The notes: generated from the letters alone by a model not told the origin. A stretch of DNA of 64,000 bases from Chloroflexota bacterium (GCA_947472995.1 CANJBO010000006.1:4354-68353), one strand, 5' to 3'; positions 30,706 through 40,240 are shown, counted from the stretch's first letter. Numbers and translations are program-made.

Positions 30706-31314
30706 CTACGCCTGCGCGCGCAGCTCGGCGAGCAGCGGACGCAGTGCCGCCAGCGCGAGCGCGCGGTGGCTGATGCGGTCCTTCTCCTCGCCGATCTCGG
30801 CGGTGGAGCGGCCGTCGGGCAGCAGGAAGATCGGGTCGTAGCCGAAGCCGTTCGCCCCCTGCGGCGCGAGCGCGATGCGCCCCTCGATCACCCCTTCGCG
30901 CGTGAACACGCGGTCGCCGGGGAACGCCAGCGCGACGACGGCACGGAAGCGCGCGGTGCGCTTCGCCGCCGGCACACCCTCCAGGCGGCGCAGCAGCAGC
31001 GCGTTGCGGTCGAGGTCGTCGCGCATCGAGGGGCCGCCGAAGCGCGCGCTGGTCACGCCGGGCTGCCCGTCCAGCGCGTCCACCTCGATGCCGGAGTCGT
31101 CTGCGATCGCGGGGAGGCCGCTGGCGCGCGCCGCCGCCACCGCCTTCGCGATCGCGTTCTCGCTGTACGAGCGCCCGCTCTCCGCGACGGGCGCCAGCGC
31201 GACGCCTGCCTCGGCCGGCGTGACGATGCGCCACCCCGCGTCGCCGAGGATCGCGCGTATCTCGCGCACCTTGCCCGCGTTGCCGGTGGAGAGCATGAGC
31301 GTGGGGTCGGTCAT
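30706..31314 (-). CDS. rdgB: Non-canonical purine NTP pyrophosphatase
   Basis: STGNAGKVRE, ENA..KA, ADDSG, GFGYDPIF, ISHR. Confidence 0.95.
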   Translation of the reverse strand: MTDPTLMLSTGNAGKVREIRAILGDAGWRIVTPAEAGVALAPVAESGRSYSENAIAKAVAAARASGLPAIADDSGIEVDALDGQPGVTSARFGGPSMRDDLDRNALLLRRLEGVPAAKRTARFRAVVALAFPGDRVFTREGVIEGRIALAPQGANGFGYDPIFLLPDGRSTAEIGEEKDRISHRALALAALRPLLAELRAQA

Positions 31315-31338
31315 CGTGTCCTCGTTCGTTGCGCGGAG

Positions 31339-31430
31339 GGCCCTCACCCTGCCCTCTCCCCAAACGGGGAGAGGGTTCTGATCTGTTCCGACCCCTCTCC
31401 CCGTTTCGGGGAGAGGGTTGGGGTGAGGGC
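31339..31430. repeat. Family A inverted doublet
   Basis: Closely resembles the 13619 and 52993 copies. Confidence 0.85.
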
Positions 31431-31442
31431 TTCTGCTTCTGC

Positions 31443-32537
31443 CTAGATCTCGCTCCAGCGGCTGGCCATCTTCGCGGCGACCGCGGGCATCGTCGTGTAC
31501 TCCATCTCGTCGAGCGGGAGGCGGTGCGGCTCGAAGGGGCCGTGCAGCCGCAGGAAGTCCGCGATGTCGTTCGCCTTCTGGCGCGCGTTGTCATACGACG
31601 GGTCGTCGAAGAGGTCGCGCGGGCCGATGAGCTTGCCGTTCGCGAGCTGGAACCCGAGCGCGACGATGCGCGGCGGGCCGTCGAAGCGCGCCGGGTGCGC
31701 ATCGCGCTGCGCGGTCGGCATCCACGGGCCGATGTGCGAGCCGCGCATGAAGCCCTCCACGAGGTACGGCGTGGTGAACGGCTCGATCACCTCGCCCACC
31801 GCGGGGAACTGGTTCTGGCAGCGCACGATCGCGGTCGGGTCGTCCTTGCCGACGTAGCGACCGGCGATCAGCGAGAGCTTGTCCGTCGAGGACACCGCGG
31901 CGACCTCGCCGGTGGAGCGCGCGATCACGCGCTTGACCGCGTAGCGCGAGGGCGATCCGATGAACGCGAGCAGGTCGTACAGCTCCTCGGGCGCGGTGAA
32001 CATGATCTTGCGGTGCTGCTTGAGATCGTGCACCTCGAACGCGAAGCCCGCGTGCAGCGACTCCGCGATCACGAGGCCGGCCGTGTTGAAGGGGTCCGCG
32101 AACATCTTGTAGAGGGGGAGGTTGAACGACCCCGACGAGGTCTTGTCGCCCATGAACACGACGATCGGCTCGGACGGCCGCTCGACCAGCTCCAGCTCCG
32201 CCGAGCCGGGCCCCATGCCGCGGATGTTGCCGGAGAACGCGTCGACGAGGAGGTCCTGGCCGGCGCCGTAGAGCTTCAGCTTCTTCGCGACCTCCGTGCC
32301 GGCGGTGAACGTGTCCCATGCGTACTCGTGCAGCGTCGGGTCGTCCTGCCCGTGCTCGTGCGACATGACGAGGAACAGGTCGTCGCCGCAGGCGTGCGCC
32401 TGCCCGTCGATCAACAGCCCGCTCTGCACGGCCTGCGCCATGCGCTCGCGGCCGCGGTCGAGGACCTCGGGGTGCATCGCAGAGTGGCCGACCCACCCGC
32501 CGACGTCGGCCTTGATCACGCTCAGGGTCTGGGGCAT
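31443..32537 (-). CDS. fbp: Bifunctional fructose-1,6-bisphosphate aldolase/phosphatase (class V)
   Basis: TLSVIKADVGG..GH, GDD, YGAGQDLL.DAFSGN, FADPFNTAGLVI, YVGKDDP, MRGSH, FDGPPR, HGPFEPHRLP..MEYTT. Confidence 0.95.
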   Translation of the reverse strand: MPQTLSVIKADVGGWVGHSAMHPEVLDRGRERMAQAVQSGLLIDGQAHACGDDLFLVMSHEHGQDDPTLHEYAWDTFTAGTEVAKKLKLYGAGQDLLVDAFSGNIRGMGPGSAELELVERPSEPIVVFMGDKTSSGSFNLPLYKMFADPFNTAGLVIAESLHAGFAFEVHDLKQHRKIMFTAPEELYDLLAFIGSPSRYAVKRVIARSTGEVAAVSSTDKLSLIAGRYVGKDDPTAIVRCQNQFPAVGEVIEPFTTPYLVEGFMRGSHIGPWMPTAQRDAHPARFDGPPRIVALGFQLANGKLIGPRDLFDDPSYDNARQKANDIADFLRLHGPFEPHRLPLDEMEYTTMPAVAAKMASRWSEI

Positions 32538-32547
32538 CGGGTCTCCT

Positions 32548-33315
32548 TCATGCGCGGCCGTTCGTCGACGGGCCGTTCGCGAACGGACCCTCGGGCACGT
32601 CGAGGCGCTCGCGCAGCACCGTCACCGCGGCGTCGGCGAGCGGGCGCACCAGCGCCTGCACGCCCCAGTCGAGATCGCGCGTCGCGGGGATGAACGCCTC
32701 CAGCGCCGCGAGCATCTCGCGGCCGCGGCGATCCTCGTGCGCACCGTTCGCCGCACGGAAGCCCTGCAGCTTGCGCGCGCCCTCGCGGCCGCCCTCGGCG
32801 ATGTACCAGTCGGTGAACGCGACGCCGCAGCCGGCGGCGAACATCATCGCGCCGAGGGGCGTCGCGACCGGCGGGACGTTCGCCATCAGCGCGCGCGCGG
32901 TGCTGTCGCGGTGCGGCGCGTCGTACTCGATCATCAGGTGCCCGCCGCGCGGGACGAGCGAGGCGAGCGCATGGACGATCTGCAGCTCCACGCCCTCCGG
33001 CACCTCGACGGCGTCGCCGCTCTCCAGCGTGACGCGGTTGGTGGAATCGGTGACCTCGACCCAGTTGTAGCCGGGGAACGGGCCGCGGTTGATCAGCCCG
33101 CGCAGCACCGGCTCGGCGGTGCGCCCGAGCGAGTCGCTGACGAGGAACGCACAGAAGTAGTCGCTGCCGACGGCGTTCTTCGGGCCGACCTCGACCGCCA
33201 GCCGCACGCCGTTACCGACCTCGACGCCGTCGATGGCGCACAGCGGGTGGCCGGGCGCGGCCGACAGCGGTCGCCACGGGGTGTTGGTGTTGTCGCTGGA
33301 GCGGGGGATGGTCAT
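32548..33315 (-). CDS. DUF1122-family protein
   Basis: GYNWVEV, GGHLMIEY, PPVATPLG, FTDWYIAEGGREG.RKLQG; family recognised from memory. Confidence 0.7.
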   Translation of the reverse strand: MTIPRSSDNTNTPWRPLSAAPGHPLCAIDGVEVGNGVRLAVEVGPKNAVGSDYFCAFLVSDSLGRTAEPVLRGLINRGPFPGYNWVEVTDSTNRVTLESGDAVEVPEGVELQIVHALASLVPRGGHLMIEYDAPHRDSTARALMANVPPVATPLGAMMFAAGCGVAFTDWYIAEGGREGARKLQGFRAANGAHEDRRGREMLAALEAFIPATRDLDWGVQALVRPLADAAVTVLRERLDVPEGPFANGPSTNGRA

Positions 33316-33344
33316 CGTCCGCACAGATTACACGCCTGTATCGT

Positions 33345-33407
33345 GCGAGCCGCAGGTCGGGATACCCGGCCCGGCCTCCGGGAGGTCGCGAGGCGTTTCG
33401 GCCACTC
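33345..33407 (+). repeat. Family C structured repeat (GGGATACCC core)
   Basis: GCGA..CGGGATACCCG..CCTCCGGGAGGTCGCGAGGCG..GCCACTC. Confidence 0.65.
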
Positions 33408-33484
33408 GTTGCTCGCGCGCTCGCGAAGACGAGGCGGTAGAGTCGCGGGGCGTGGTGCGCGCCATCGAGAAGGGCAACCGTCGA

Positions 33485-34900
33485 GTGACCACTGCTCCCT
33501 CCGAGGCTGACCTCGCCGCGTACGCCGACGTGATGCGGCGGCTGCTGGCGCACGGCGGCTACGAGCGCACCGGTCGCACCGCCGAGGCCGCGCGCTGGGA
33601 CCTGGACCACGTCGTGGCGTACCTCGACGCGCAGGGGCGGCCGGACCGGCGCAGCACGGTGCACGTCGCCGGGTCGAAGGGCAAGGGCTCGGTCGCCACG
33701 ATCACGGAGGCGATCCTGCGGGCCGCCATCTCCGAGACGGGCGCGCACACGCTGCTCATCACCTCCCCCGACCTGCACTCCGCGCGCGAGCGGATCGCGA
33801 TCGACGGGCAGCCCGTCGCCCCCGCGACGTTCGCGCGCGCGGCGTCGAGGCTCCTCGGCGACCCGGCCACCGCGAGCTGGTCGTACTTCGAGCTGCTGAC
33901 GGTGATGGGCTGGCTCGTCGGGGCGGAGGCGCAGTGCGACTGGCAGGTCGTCGAGGTCGGCCTCGGCGGGCGGCTCGACACGACCAACGCAATGGCCGCG
34001 TCGAGCAAGGCCGCGACCGTGATCACGCCGATCGACCTGGAGCACACGGAGATCCTCGGCGACACGATCCCGCTGATCGCGGCGGAGAAGGCGGGGATCA
34101 TCGTCAGCAACGCCCCCGTGATCGCGGCGCCGATGCGCGCGAGCGCGCTCGAGGTGGTGTGCGCGCGCGCCCTCGAATTCGGTGCGCCGCTGCACTCCGT
34201 GCCGGACGAGTGCGCGATGCGCGTCACCGCGCACAGCCTCGAGGGGCAGACGCTCGACCTGAAGACGCCGGTGCGGACCTACCGCGGGCTCAAGTCGCCG
34301 CTGATCGGGCCGCACCAGTCGGAGAACATCGCCACCGCCGTGCGCGCCGCCGAGGAAGCGTTCGCGTTCCGGGCGCGTGGTGGCGCATCGGCGGGGAGCG
34401 AGGGGGACGCCGCGATCGCGATCCCCGAGGCGGCCGTGATGCGCGGCGTCGCGGGCGCGCGGATGCCCGGACGCTTCGAGGTGGTGCGGCAGCGTCCGCT
34501 CACGATCCTCGACGGGCTGCACACGCCGCTGGCGGCGCGCCGGTTCCGGCAGGCGCTCGACGGCGTCTCGGTGCCGCGGCACCGCGTGTGGGTGATCGGC
34601 ATGCTCGCGGGCAAGGACGCCCCGGCGATCCTCGAACCGCTCGTGGGCGAGGGCGACGAGGTGATCGTCGCGCCGCCGCCGACCCAGCGCGCCGCCGACG
34701 TCGCCGACCTCGTGCGGGCCGTCCGCGATCGCGGCGCCAGCGCGCAGCGCGCGAGCACGATCGGCGCCGCGATCGACCTCGCCAGCGAGCAGGCGGGCGA
34801 GCGCGGCGCGGTGATTGTCGCGGGCAGCCTGTACACCGTCGCCGCCGCGCGCGAGCATCTGCTGGGGATCACCGGCGACCGACTGCTCGGTCTGCGCTAG
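33485..34900 (+). CDS. folC: Folylpolyglutamate/dihydrofolate synthase
   Basis: HVAGSKGKGS, TSP.L...RERI, VEVGLGGRLDTTN, EKAGII, PGRFE, LDG.H, GSLY. Confidence 0.93.
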   Translation: MTTAPSEADLAAYADVMRRLLAHGGYERTGRTAEAARWDLDHVVAYLDAQGRPDRRSTVHVAGSKGKGSVATITEAILRAAISETGAHTLLITSPDLHSARERIAIDGQPVAPATFARAASRLLGDPATASWSYFELLTVMGWLVGAEAQCDWQVVEVGLGGRLDTTNAMAASSKAATVITPIDLEHTEILGDTIPLIAAEKAGIIVSNAPVIAAPMRASALEVVCARALEFGAPLHSVPDECAMRVTAHSLEGQTLDLKTPVRTYRGLKSPLIGPHQSENIATAVRAAEEAFAFRARGGASAGSEGDAAIAIPEAAVMRGVAGARMPGRFEVVRQRPLTILDGLHTPLAARRFRQALDGVSVPRHRVWVIGMLAGKDAPAILEPLVGEGDEVIVAPPPTQRAADVADLVRAVRDRGASAQRASTIGAAIDLASEQAGERGAVIVAGSLYTVAAAREHLLGITGDRLLGLR

Positions 34901-34920
34901 CCCGAATCGAGGAGACCGCC

Positions 34921-35328
34921 ATGACCGAGGAACTGAAGAGCATCGCGCGCCGCTACGTCCTCGACGTGTGGGGCCGGGGCGACTACGACACGGAGCGCGA
35001 GATCATCGCGGTGGACGCGATCGACCACCACCCGACCTCCGGCGGTGCGGGCGGCCTCGAGGGTCACCACGCGACGGTGGCGGCGGTACGCGCGGCGTTC
35101 CCCGACATGACGATGACGATCGACGAGATCCTCGCGGAGGGCGACCGCGTCGTGGACTGCTGGACGGCGACCGGCACGCACCTGGGCGACTTCTTCGGCA
35201 TCCCGCCGACCGGGCGCTCGTTCTCCTTCACGGGCATCGACGTGCTCCGCGTCGCGGACGGCAAGATCGTCGAGTTCCGGCACGTCGAGGACATCTACGG
35301 CCTGGTACTCCAGCTGACCGCGGACTAG
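34921..35328 (+). CDS. SnoaL-like ester cyclase family protein
   Basis: GAGGAG RBS; AFPD...AEGDRV, GTHLGDFFGIPPTGR, DGKIVE. Confidence 0.88.
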   Translation: MTEELKSIARRYVLDVWGRGDYDTEREIIAVDAIDHHPTSGGAGGLEGHHATVAAVRAAFPDMTMTIDEILAEGDRVVDCWTATGTHLGDFFGIPPTGRSFSFTGIDVLRVADGKIVEFRHVEDIYGLVLQLTAD

Positions 35329-35417
35329 CCGCGCGACCGCGACGGGAGCGGGCGCGCGCGCCTGCGGTACGATCGACCAGGTTCAATCGTCGACGAGTCC
35401 GGATGGGGTGCAGCGTG

Positions 35418-36674
35418 GTGAATCCAGCGGACCGTCGACGTGTCGTGATCACCGGCATGGGCGCGATCACTCCGCTGGGCGTGGGCGTCGAGCAGTTCTG
35501 GGAGAACGCGGTCGCCGGGCAGTCCGGCATCCGCCGCATGACGCTCGCCGACCCCTCCAACTACCCGTGCCAGGTCGCCGGCGAGGTGCCCGACTTCGAC
35601 TACACGCAGTTCATGGACCGCAAGGACGGGCGGCGCATGGCGCGCTTCTCCCAGTACGCGGTCGCGGCGACCAGGATGGCCGTGGACCACGCCGCCCTCG
35701 ACCTCGACCACGTCGACCGCGAGCGCGTCGGCGTCATCATCGGCAACGGCGGCGGCGGCATCCCGAACGATGACGAGGCGATGCGCACGCTGTTCGAGCG
35801 CGGCGGCATGAAGGTCGACCCGTTCTACATCTCGAAGCGGCTGAACAACATGGCGGGCGGGAACATCTCGATCCAGTTCGGCCTGCTCGGCTACAACAAC
35901 ACCGTCGCGACCGCGTGCGCCGCCGGCACGCAGGCGATCGGCGACGCGACCGAGGTGATCCGGCGCGGTGCCGCGGACGTGATGATCGCGGGCGGTGCGG
36001 AGGCCGGCGTGTGCGAACTGGGCCTCGCCGGGTTTGCCTCGATGCGCGCGCTGGCGTCGGCGCACAACGGCGACCCGGCGCACGCCAGCCGCCCGTTCGA
36101 CCGCGACCGCGACGGCTTCGTCCCCGCCGAGGGCGCGGGTATCCTCGTGCTGGAGGCGCTGGACCACGCGCTCGCGCGCGGCGCCGTGCCGCTGGCGGAG
36201 CTGATCGGCTACGGCGTCAGCGCGGACGCCGCGTACCTCGTCGCGCCGGCGGACAACGGCAGCGGCGCGGCCCGCGCGATCAAGACCGCGCTCCGCGACG
36301 CCGGCATCACGCCCGACGAGGTGGACTACGTGTCGGCCCACGCCACCGCCACCGACGTCGGCGACGTCGCGGAGACCGGCGCGCTGAAGACCGTCTTCGG
36401 CGAGCGCGTGTACGAGGTGCCGGTGTCCGCGCTGAAGTCGCAGATCGGCCACCTGCTGGGCGGCTCGGGCGGCGTGGAGACGATCGCCGCGATCCAGACG
36501 ATCCGCACCGGCATGATCCTGCCAACGCTGAACCTCGAGCACCCCGGCGAGGGCTGCGACCTAGACTACGTGCCGCTGACGGCGCGCGCCGCCGACGTGC
36601 GGACGGTCGTGAAGAACTCGTTCGGCTTCGGCGGACAGAACGCCGTGCTGGTGCTGCGCCGCTACGACGCGTAG
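35418..36674 (+). CDS. fabF: Beta-ketoacyl-ACP synthase II
   Basis: RRVVITGMG, TACAAG, SRPFDRDRDGFV, AHATAT, KSQIGHLLG, NSFGFGG; start approximate. Confidence 0.93.
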   Translation: MNPADRRRVVITGMGAITPLGVGVEQFWENAVAGQSGIRRMTLADPSNYPCQVAGEVPDFDYTQFMDRKDGRRMARFSQYAVAATRMAVDHAALDLDHVDRERVGVIIGNGGGGIPNDDEAMRTLFERGGMKVDPFYISKRLNNMAGGNISIQFGLLGYNNTVATACAAGTQAIGDATEVIRRGAADVMIAGGAEAGVCELGLAGFASMRALASAHNGDPAHASRPFDRDRDGFVPAEGAGILVLEALDHALARGAVPLAELIGYGVSADAAYLVAPADNGSGAARAIKTALRDAGITPDEVDYVSAHATATDVGDVAETGALKTVFGERVYEVPVSALKSQIGHLLGGSGGVETIAAIQTIRTGMILPTLNLEHPGEGCDLDYVPLTARAADVRTVVKNSFGFGGQNAVLVLRRYDA

Positions 36675-36696
36675 CGCACGCGATCCGTTCGAGGGC

Positions 36697-36766
36697 CACG
36701 TGGGGCGGCCCACCCCTGCCCTCCCGGCGCGGGAGGGGTTGAGATTGATGAGCTTCCACCCTCATC
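36697..36766 (+). repeat. Family B single unit
   Basis: CCACGTGGGGCGGCCCACCCCTGCCCTCCCGGCGCGGGAGGGG plus inner hairpin. Confidence 0.75.
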
Positions 36767-36855
36767 GGCTCCCGGATCGGTACCCGAGAGCCCCCGCGGA
36801 CACTGAGAACGAAGCGCCGGGGTAGCCCGCGGGGAGAGCGGGCTCCTCGACGTCT

Positions 36856-37110
36856 CTACGCGACCGCGGCGGCCTGCTCACGTCGCATGCCGGTGCCGTC
36901 GAGCATCACCTCGAGGGCGATCGTGTGGGCGCAGGCGCGGTGGAGCTGGTAGTAATCGCAGTCGCAGGACCACCGGTCGCCGTCGAAGTGGACGGTGTGG
37001 TCACTGTTGTTGCCGTGCACGGTGACGACCATCGACTGGAACTCGAAGCGGCTGCGCTCCTCGGCGTAGCGGTGCGCCTTCTCGATCTTGCCGATCATGC
37101 CTGACTGCAA
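36856..37110 (-). CDS. Small SWIM zinc-finger protein
   Basis: TTG start after a GGAGGAGG RBS; MQSGMIGKIEKAHRYAEE...W.CDC-x8-CAH SWIM motif. Confidence 0.8.
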   Translation of the reverse strand: MQSGMIGKIEKAHRYAEERSRFEFQSMVVTVHGNNSDHTVHFDGDRWSCDCDYYQLHRACAHTIALEVMLDGTGMRREQAAAVA

Positions 37111-37167
37111 TCGAAGCCTCCTCCCCGCGACGCGGTCGCGGGTACTGCGAGGGGCCGTCCCACGAAC

Positions 37168-37196
37168 ACAAAATCGCCGCGGCAAGCCGCGGCGAT
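37168..37196 (-). terminator. Intrinsic terminator in the 5' leader of the SWIM gene
   Basis: Minus strand ATCGCCGCGG-CTTG-CCGCGGCGAT-TTTGTGTT. Confidence 0.7.
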
Positions 37197-37240
37197 CAAC
37201 GTCGTGAACGGTCTCGAATGCTGGAAGGAAGTGCGTCCAT
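37196..37240 (-). CDS. Putative leader peptide MDALPSSIRDRSRR
   Basis: AGGGGTGG RBS, ATG; stop codon overlaps the terminator 5' arm; downstream of TTGACG-N18-TAGGTT. Confidence 0.4.
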   Translation of the reverse strand: MDALPSSIRDRSRR

Positions 37241-37257
37241 CGACCACCCCTGCGCGC

Positions 37258-37287
37258 AACCTAGACCTGCCCTCGGCGGCCCGTCAA
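37258..37287 (-). promoter_or_regulatory. Sigma70-type promoter
   Basis: TTGACG (37287-37282), N18, TAGGTT (37263-37258). Confidence 0.55.
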
Positions 37288-37364
37288 CTTCGTGCGCCGG
37301 CGCACAGACCGCACTCCTGCGCACTCCCGTCATACCTCGCAATACCGGGCGACAGAACGCGGAA

Positions 37365-37398
37365 CCCCCACCCAACCCTCCCCCGCGAGGGGGAGGGG
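37365..37398 (+). repeat. Family A single unit
   Basis: CCCCCACCCAACCCTCCCCCGCGAGGGGGAGGGG. Confidence 0.8.
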
Positions 37399-37414
37399 CC
37401 AGAGTCCGCGCCCG

Positions 37415-37984
37415 CTACGGGTGGCGCGAGAGCACCTCGTAGCGCGGCGACGGGCCGTCGAGGTGGGAGCGCACGAGCAGCAGCTGCGACGCGATGAACG
37501 GCGCGAGCGGCGGCGGCTCCAGCGACTGCACGGCCTCCGCGACCAGCCGGCGCTCCTCCGGCGTCGCGCCGCGGGCGAGGCGAGCCAGCGTGAGGTGCGC
37601 GGTGAACGGGCGCTCCTCCGCGCGCATGCCGACGAGCCGGACGGCGCGCTCCACGTCCCGCGCGAGCACGCGCAGCGCGCGCATCTCGCCCTCCACACCG
37701 AGCCACGCGACGCCGGTGCGCGCCGGCGGGCCGAACGTGCCGGCGCGGTCGAGCGACAGCGTGATCGCGAACGGCAGCACGACGTCGAGCGCCGCCTGCA
37801 GCGGCATCAGCGCGGCCTCGTCCAGCTCGCCGAGGAAGCGCACGGTGAGGTGCATCAGGTCGCCGCGCACGGGACGCAGCACGCGACGCACCTCCAGCGG
37901 CAGCAGCTCCTCGAGCGCCTGCTGCTGGATCGCGGCGGCGGCGCGCCACGCGTCCGGGACGTCGATCGCGATGAAGAGGCGCAT
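37415..37984 (-). CDS. thpR: RNA 2',3'-cyclic phosphodiesterase
   Basis: MRLFIAI, HLTVRFLG and HLTLAR 2H motifs. Confidence 0.93.
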   Translation of the reverse strand: MRLFIAIDVPDAWRAAAAIQQQALEELLPLEVRRVLRPVRGDLMHLTVRFLGELDEAALMPLQAALDVVLPFAITLSLDRAGTFGPPARTGVAWLGVEGEMRALRVLARDVERAVRLVGMRAEERPFTAHLTLARLARGATPEERRLVAEAVQSLEPPPLAPFIASQLLLVRSHLDGPSPRYEVLSRHP

Positions 37985-37993
37985 CGCGACGCG

Positions 37994-38800
37994 CTACTCG
38001 CGCCGCAGGTCGAGGAAGCGCACGGCGTTGCCGCCGAGCACGGCGGCGCGCTCCGCGGGATCCGGCAGCGCCGCCTCGATCAGCGCGCGGTCGGCGGCCT
38101 GGTCACGCAGCGGGAAGTCCGACCCCCAGCACACGGCGCCGGCCCCCGCGAGGTCGAGGCCGCGGCGCACCGCCTCCGGCGCGTACAGCAGCGACGACGC
38201 GGCAGTGTCGAACACCAGCCGGCCCGCCTCGATCACCGTGCGCACCTCGGGCATCAGCGCGTAGAACGGGAAGCCGCCGCCCCAGTGCGCCGCGATCACG
38301 CGCGCCCCGGGCTGCGCGTCGAGCAGCCGCCACAGCGCGCCCGGCGTGAGCCCGCCGGGCTTGCCGGGGTACGCGTGGCCGACCTCCTCCGAGCAGTGCA
38401 CGAGGATCGGCAGATCGTCGACGTCGAGGCTGGCGGGATCGGCCACACGGACCTCCCCGCGACCGGCGGCGCCGGGCAGCGCGTCGCCTGCGGACTGCGG
38501 CACGAACGGGACGATGCGATCGGGGTAGCGCAGCGCACTGGCGAGGAGGTACGCGGCGTGCTCGCCTCGGCGGGCGCGGTCCCGCCACCAGAAGCCGGCG
38601 GCGACCGCCACGTCCACGCCCGCCGCGTCCATCGAGGCGATCAGGTCCTCGGCCGTCGCCATCTGCGCCCGCGCGGATCCGTACATCTCGCCGAACGCGG
38701 CGTCGGAGCCCGACAGGCGCGCGCGATCCTCGATGAAGTGTGGCGGGAAGATGTGCGTGTGGATGTCCACGACGAGCGGGTTCGGGGTGGTGGATGCCAT
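37994..38800 (-). CDS. Amidohydrolase_2 family metallohydrolase
   Basis: DIHTH, HCSE.VGH.YPGK, AHWGGG, FDTAA, GSDFP. Confidence 0.88.
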   Translation of the reverse strand: MASTTPNPLVVDIHTHIFPPHFIEDRARLSGSDAAFGEMYGSARAQMATAEDLIASMDAAGVDVAVAAGFWWRDRARRGEHAAYLLASALRYPDRIVPFVPQSAGDALPGAAGRGEVRVADPASLDVDDLPILVHCSEEVGHAYPGKPGGLTPGALWRLLDAQPGARVIAAHWGGGFPFYALMPEVRTVIEAGRLVFDTAASSLLYAPEAVRRGLDLAGAGAVCWGSDFPLRDQAADRALIEAALPDPAERAAVLGGNAVRFLDLRRE

Positions 38801-38883
38801 GCTCGAATCGTACGACCGCGGCGGCCCGGGCGTGCCCGTGCGGCTCACGCGCGGGCATGGGACGATGCGCTCGACGGGTGTCG

Positions 38884-39876
38884 ATGACCGGGAGCGAGCG
38901 GATGACGACGGACGACGAGGCACGCGACGCGCAGGACGGCGAGCCGCAGGAGCGCCCGCGCATGACGCCCCCGCGCGCCTTCGACGAGGAGCAGGCCGAG
39001 GCCGCCGCGCCCGCCGTCGCGGAGCCCGAGGCCGATGAGCCGCCCGCCGACGAGCTCACGTTCGAGGTGCTCGCGGAGGGCGTGGAGCCGGAGCAGGCCG
39101 CGCTCTTCGACGACTTCGCCGGGCTGCCGATGGTGATCGAGTCGCTGCTGTTCGTCGCCGACCACCCGATCGAGGAGTCCTACCTCGCACGTGCGCTTGA
39201 CGTCACGTCCACGCGCATCGAGCGCGCGCTCGACGACCTCGGCGAGACGCTGCGCGCCGGCGACCGCGGCATCCGCCTGCAGCGCGGCCCCGAGGGCGTG
39301 CAGCTGGTCACCGCGCCGGAGGCCGCCGGGCGCATCGAGCACTTCCTCGGCCTCGAGGCCAGTCGCAAGCTCAGCACGGCGGCGCTGGAGACGCTCGCGA
39401 TCATCGCGTACCGCCAGCCGATCACGCGCGGCCAGATCGACACGATCCGCGGCGTCAGCAGCGACGGCGCGGTCGCCACGCTGCGCGCACGCGCGCTCAT
39501 CGCGCCGGCCGGCTATGCGGCTGGGCCGGGCCGCCCGATGCTGTTCCAGACCACGCAGCGCTTCCTGGAGCACTTCGGGCTGGAGCGCGCGGGCCAACTG
39601 CCGCCGCTCCCCGAGGACATCGACCTGCCGCCCGGCGAGATCAGCGAGCAACTCGGCCTCGCCGAGCAGGACGTCCTCGACGCGCTCACGCCGCTCGAGC
39701 CGGAGCCCTCCGGCGACGAGCCGGTCGTCGAGGCGGGCGCGGACGACGAGGTGCGCGACGACGAGCGCGTCGAGATCCCCGCGGACCTCCAGGCGCTGAG
39801 CGAGGCCGCGGAGGCCGCGCTCGCGCACCCGGCCGAGACGCCCGACCTCGACGACGACGACAACGCCGAGGCGTAG
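38884..39876 (+). CDS. scpB: SMC-Scp complex subunit ScpB with acidic extensions
   Basis: IESLLFV, LSTAALETLAIIAYRQPITR..I..IRGV, GRP.LF.TT..FLEHFGL. Confidence 0.93.
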   Translation: MTGSERMTTDDEARDAQDGEPQERPRMTPPRAFDEEQAEAAAPAVAEPEADEPPADELTFEVLAEGVEPEQAALFDDFAGLPMVIESLLFVADHPIEESYLARALDVTSTRIERALDDLGETLRAGDRGIRLQRGPEGVQLVTAPEAAGRIEHFLGLEASRKLSTAALETLAIIAYRQPITRGQIDTIRGVSSDGAVATLRARALIAPAGYAAGPGRPMLFQTTQRFLEHFGLERAGQLPPLPEDIDLPPGEISEQLGLAEQDVLDALTPLEPEPSGDEPVVEAGADDEVRDDERVEIPADLQALSEAAEAALAHPAETPDLDDDDNAEA

Positions 39877-39891
39877 CGCGCCGCGGTCGCG

Positions 39892-40188
39892 ATGATCACG
39901 GTCAGCGTCCTCGTAACGATCGATATCCCCTGGGCACGGTCGTTGAAGGACAAGCGGGGCGTCGTGCGGTCGCTGGTCGAGCGGTTGCGGCAGCGCCTCC
40001 ACGTCGCGGCGGCGGAGACCGGGATGCAGGACGACGTGCGCGCGGGCGAGGTCGGCTTCGCCGTCGTCTCCGGCAGCCGAGCCGCCGCGCGCCACCAGGT
40101 CGACGAGACGCTCCGCTTCATCGAGTCGGAGCTCCTCGGCCGCGCCGAGGTCCGCGACGTCGCGCAGGACGAGACCGAACTGGAGTAG
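39892..40188 (+). CDS. DUF503 (YlxP-like) protein
   Basis: SLKDKRGVVRSL..RLR....AAE...QD. Confidence 0.88.
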   Translation: MITVSVLVTIDIPWARSLKDKRGVVRSLVERLRQRLHVAAAETGMQDDVRAGEVGFAVVSGSRAAARHQVDETLRFIESELLGRAEVRDVAQDETELE

Positions 40189-40202
40189 GGGGGAGCCGGA
40201 GG

Positions 40203-40240
40203 CCCTCACCCCAACCCTCTCCCCGAACGGGGAGAGGGGG
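40203..40240 (+). repeat. Family A single unit
   Basis: CCCTCACCCCAACCCTCTCCCCGAACGGGGAGAGGG. Confidence 0.85.
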
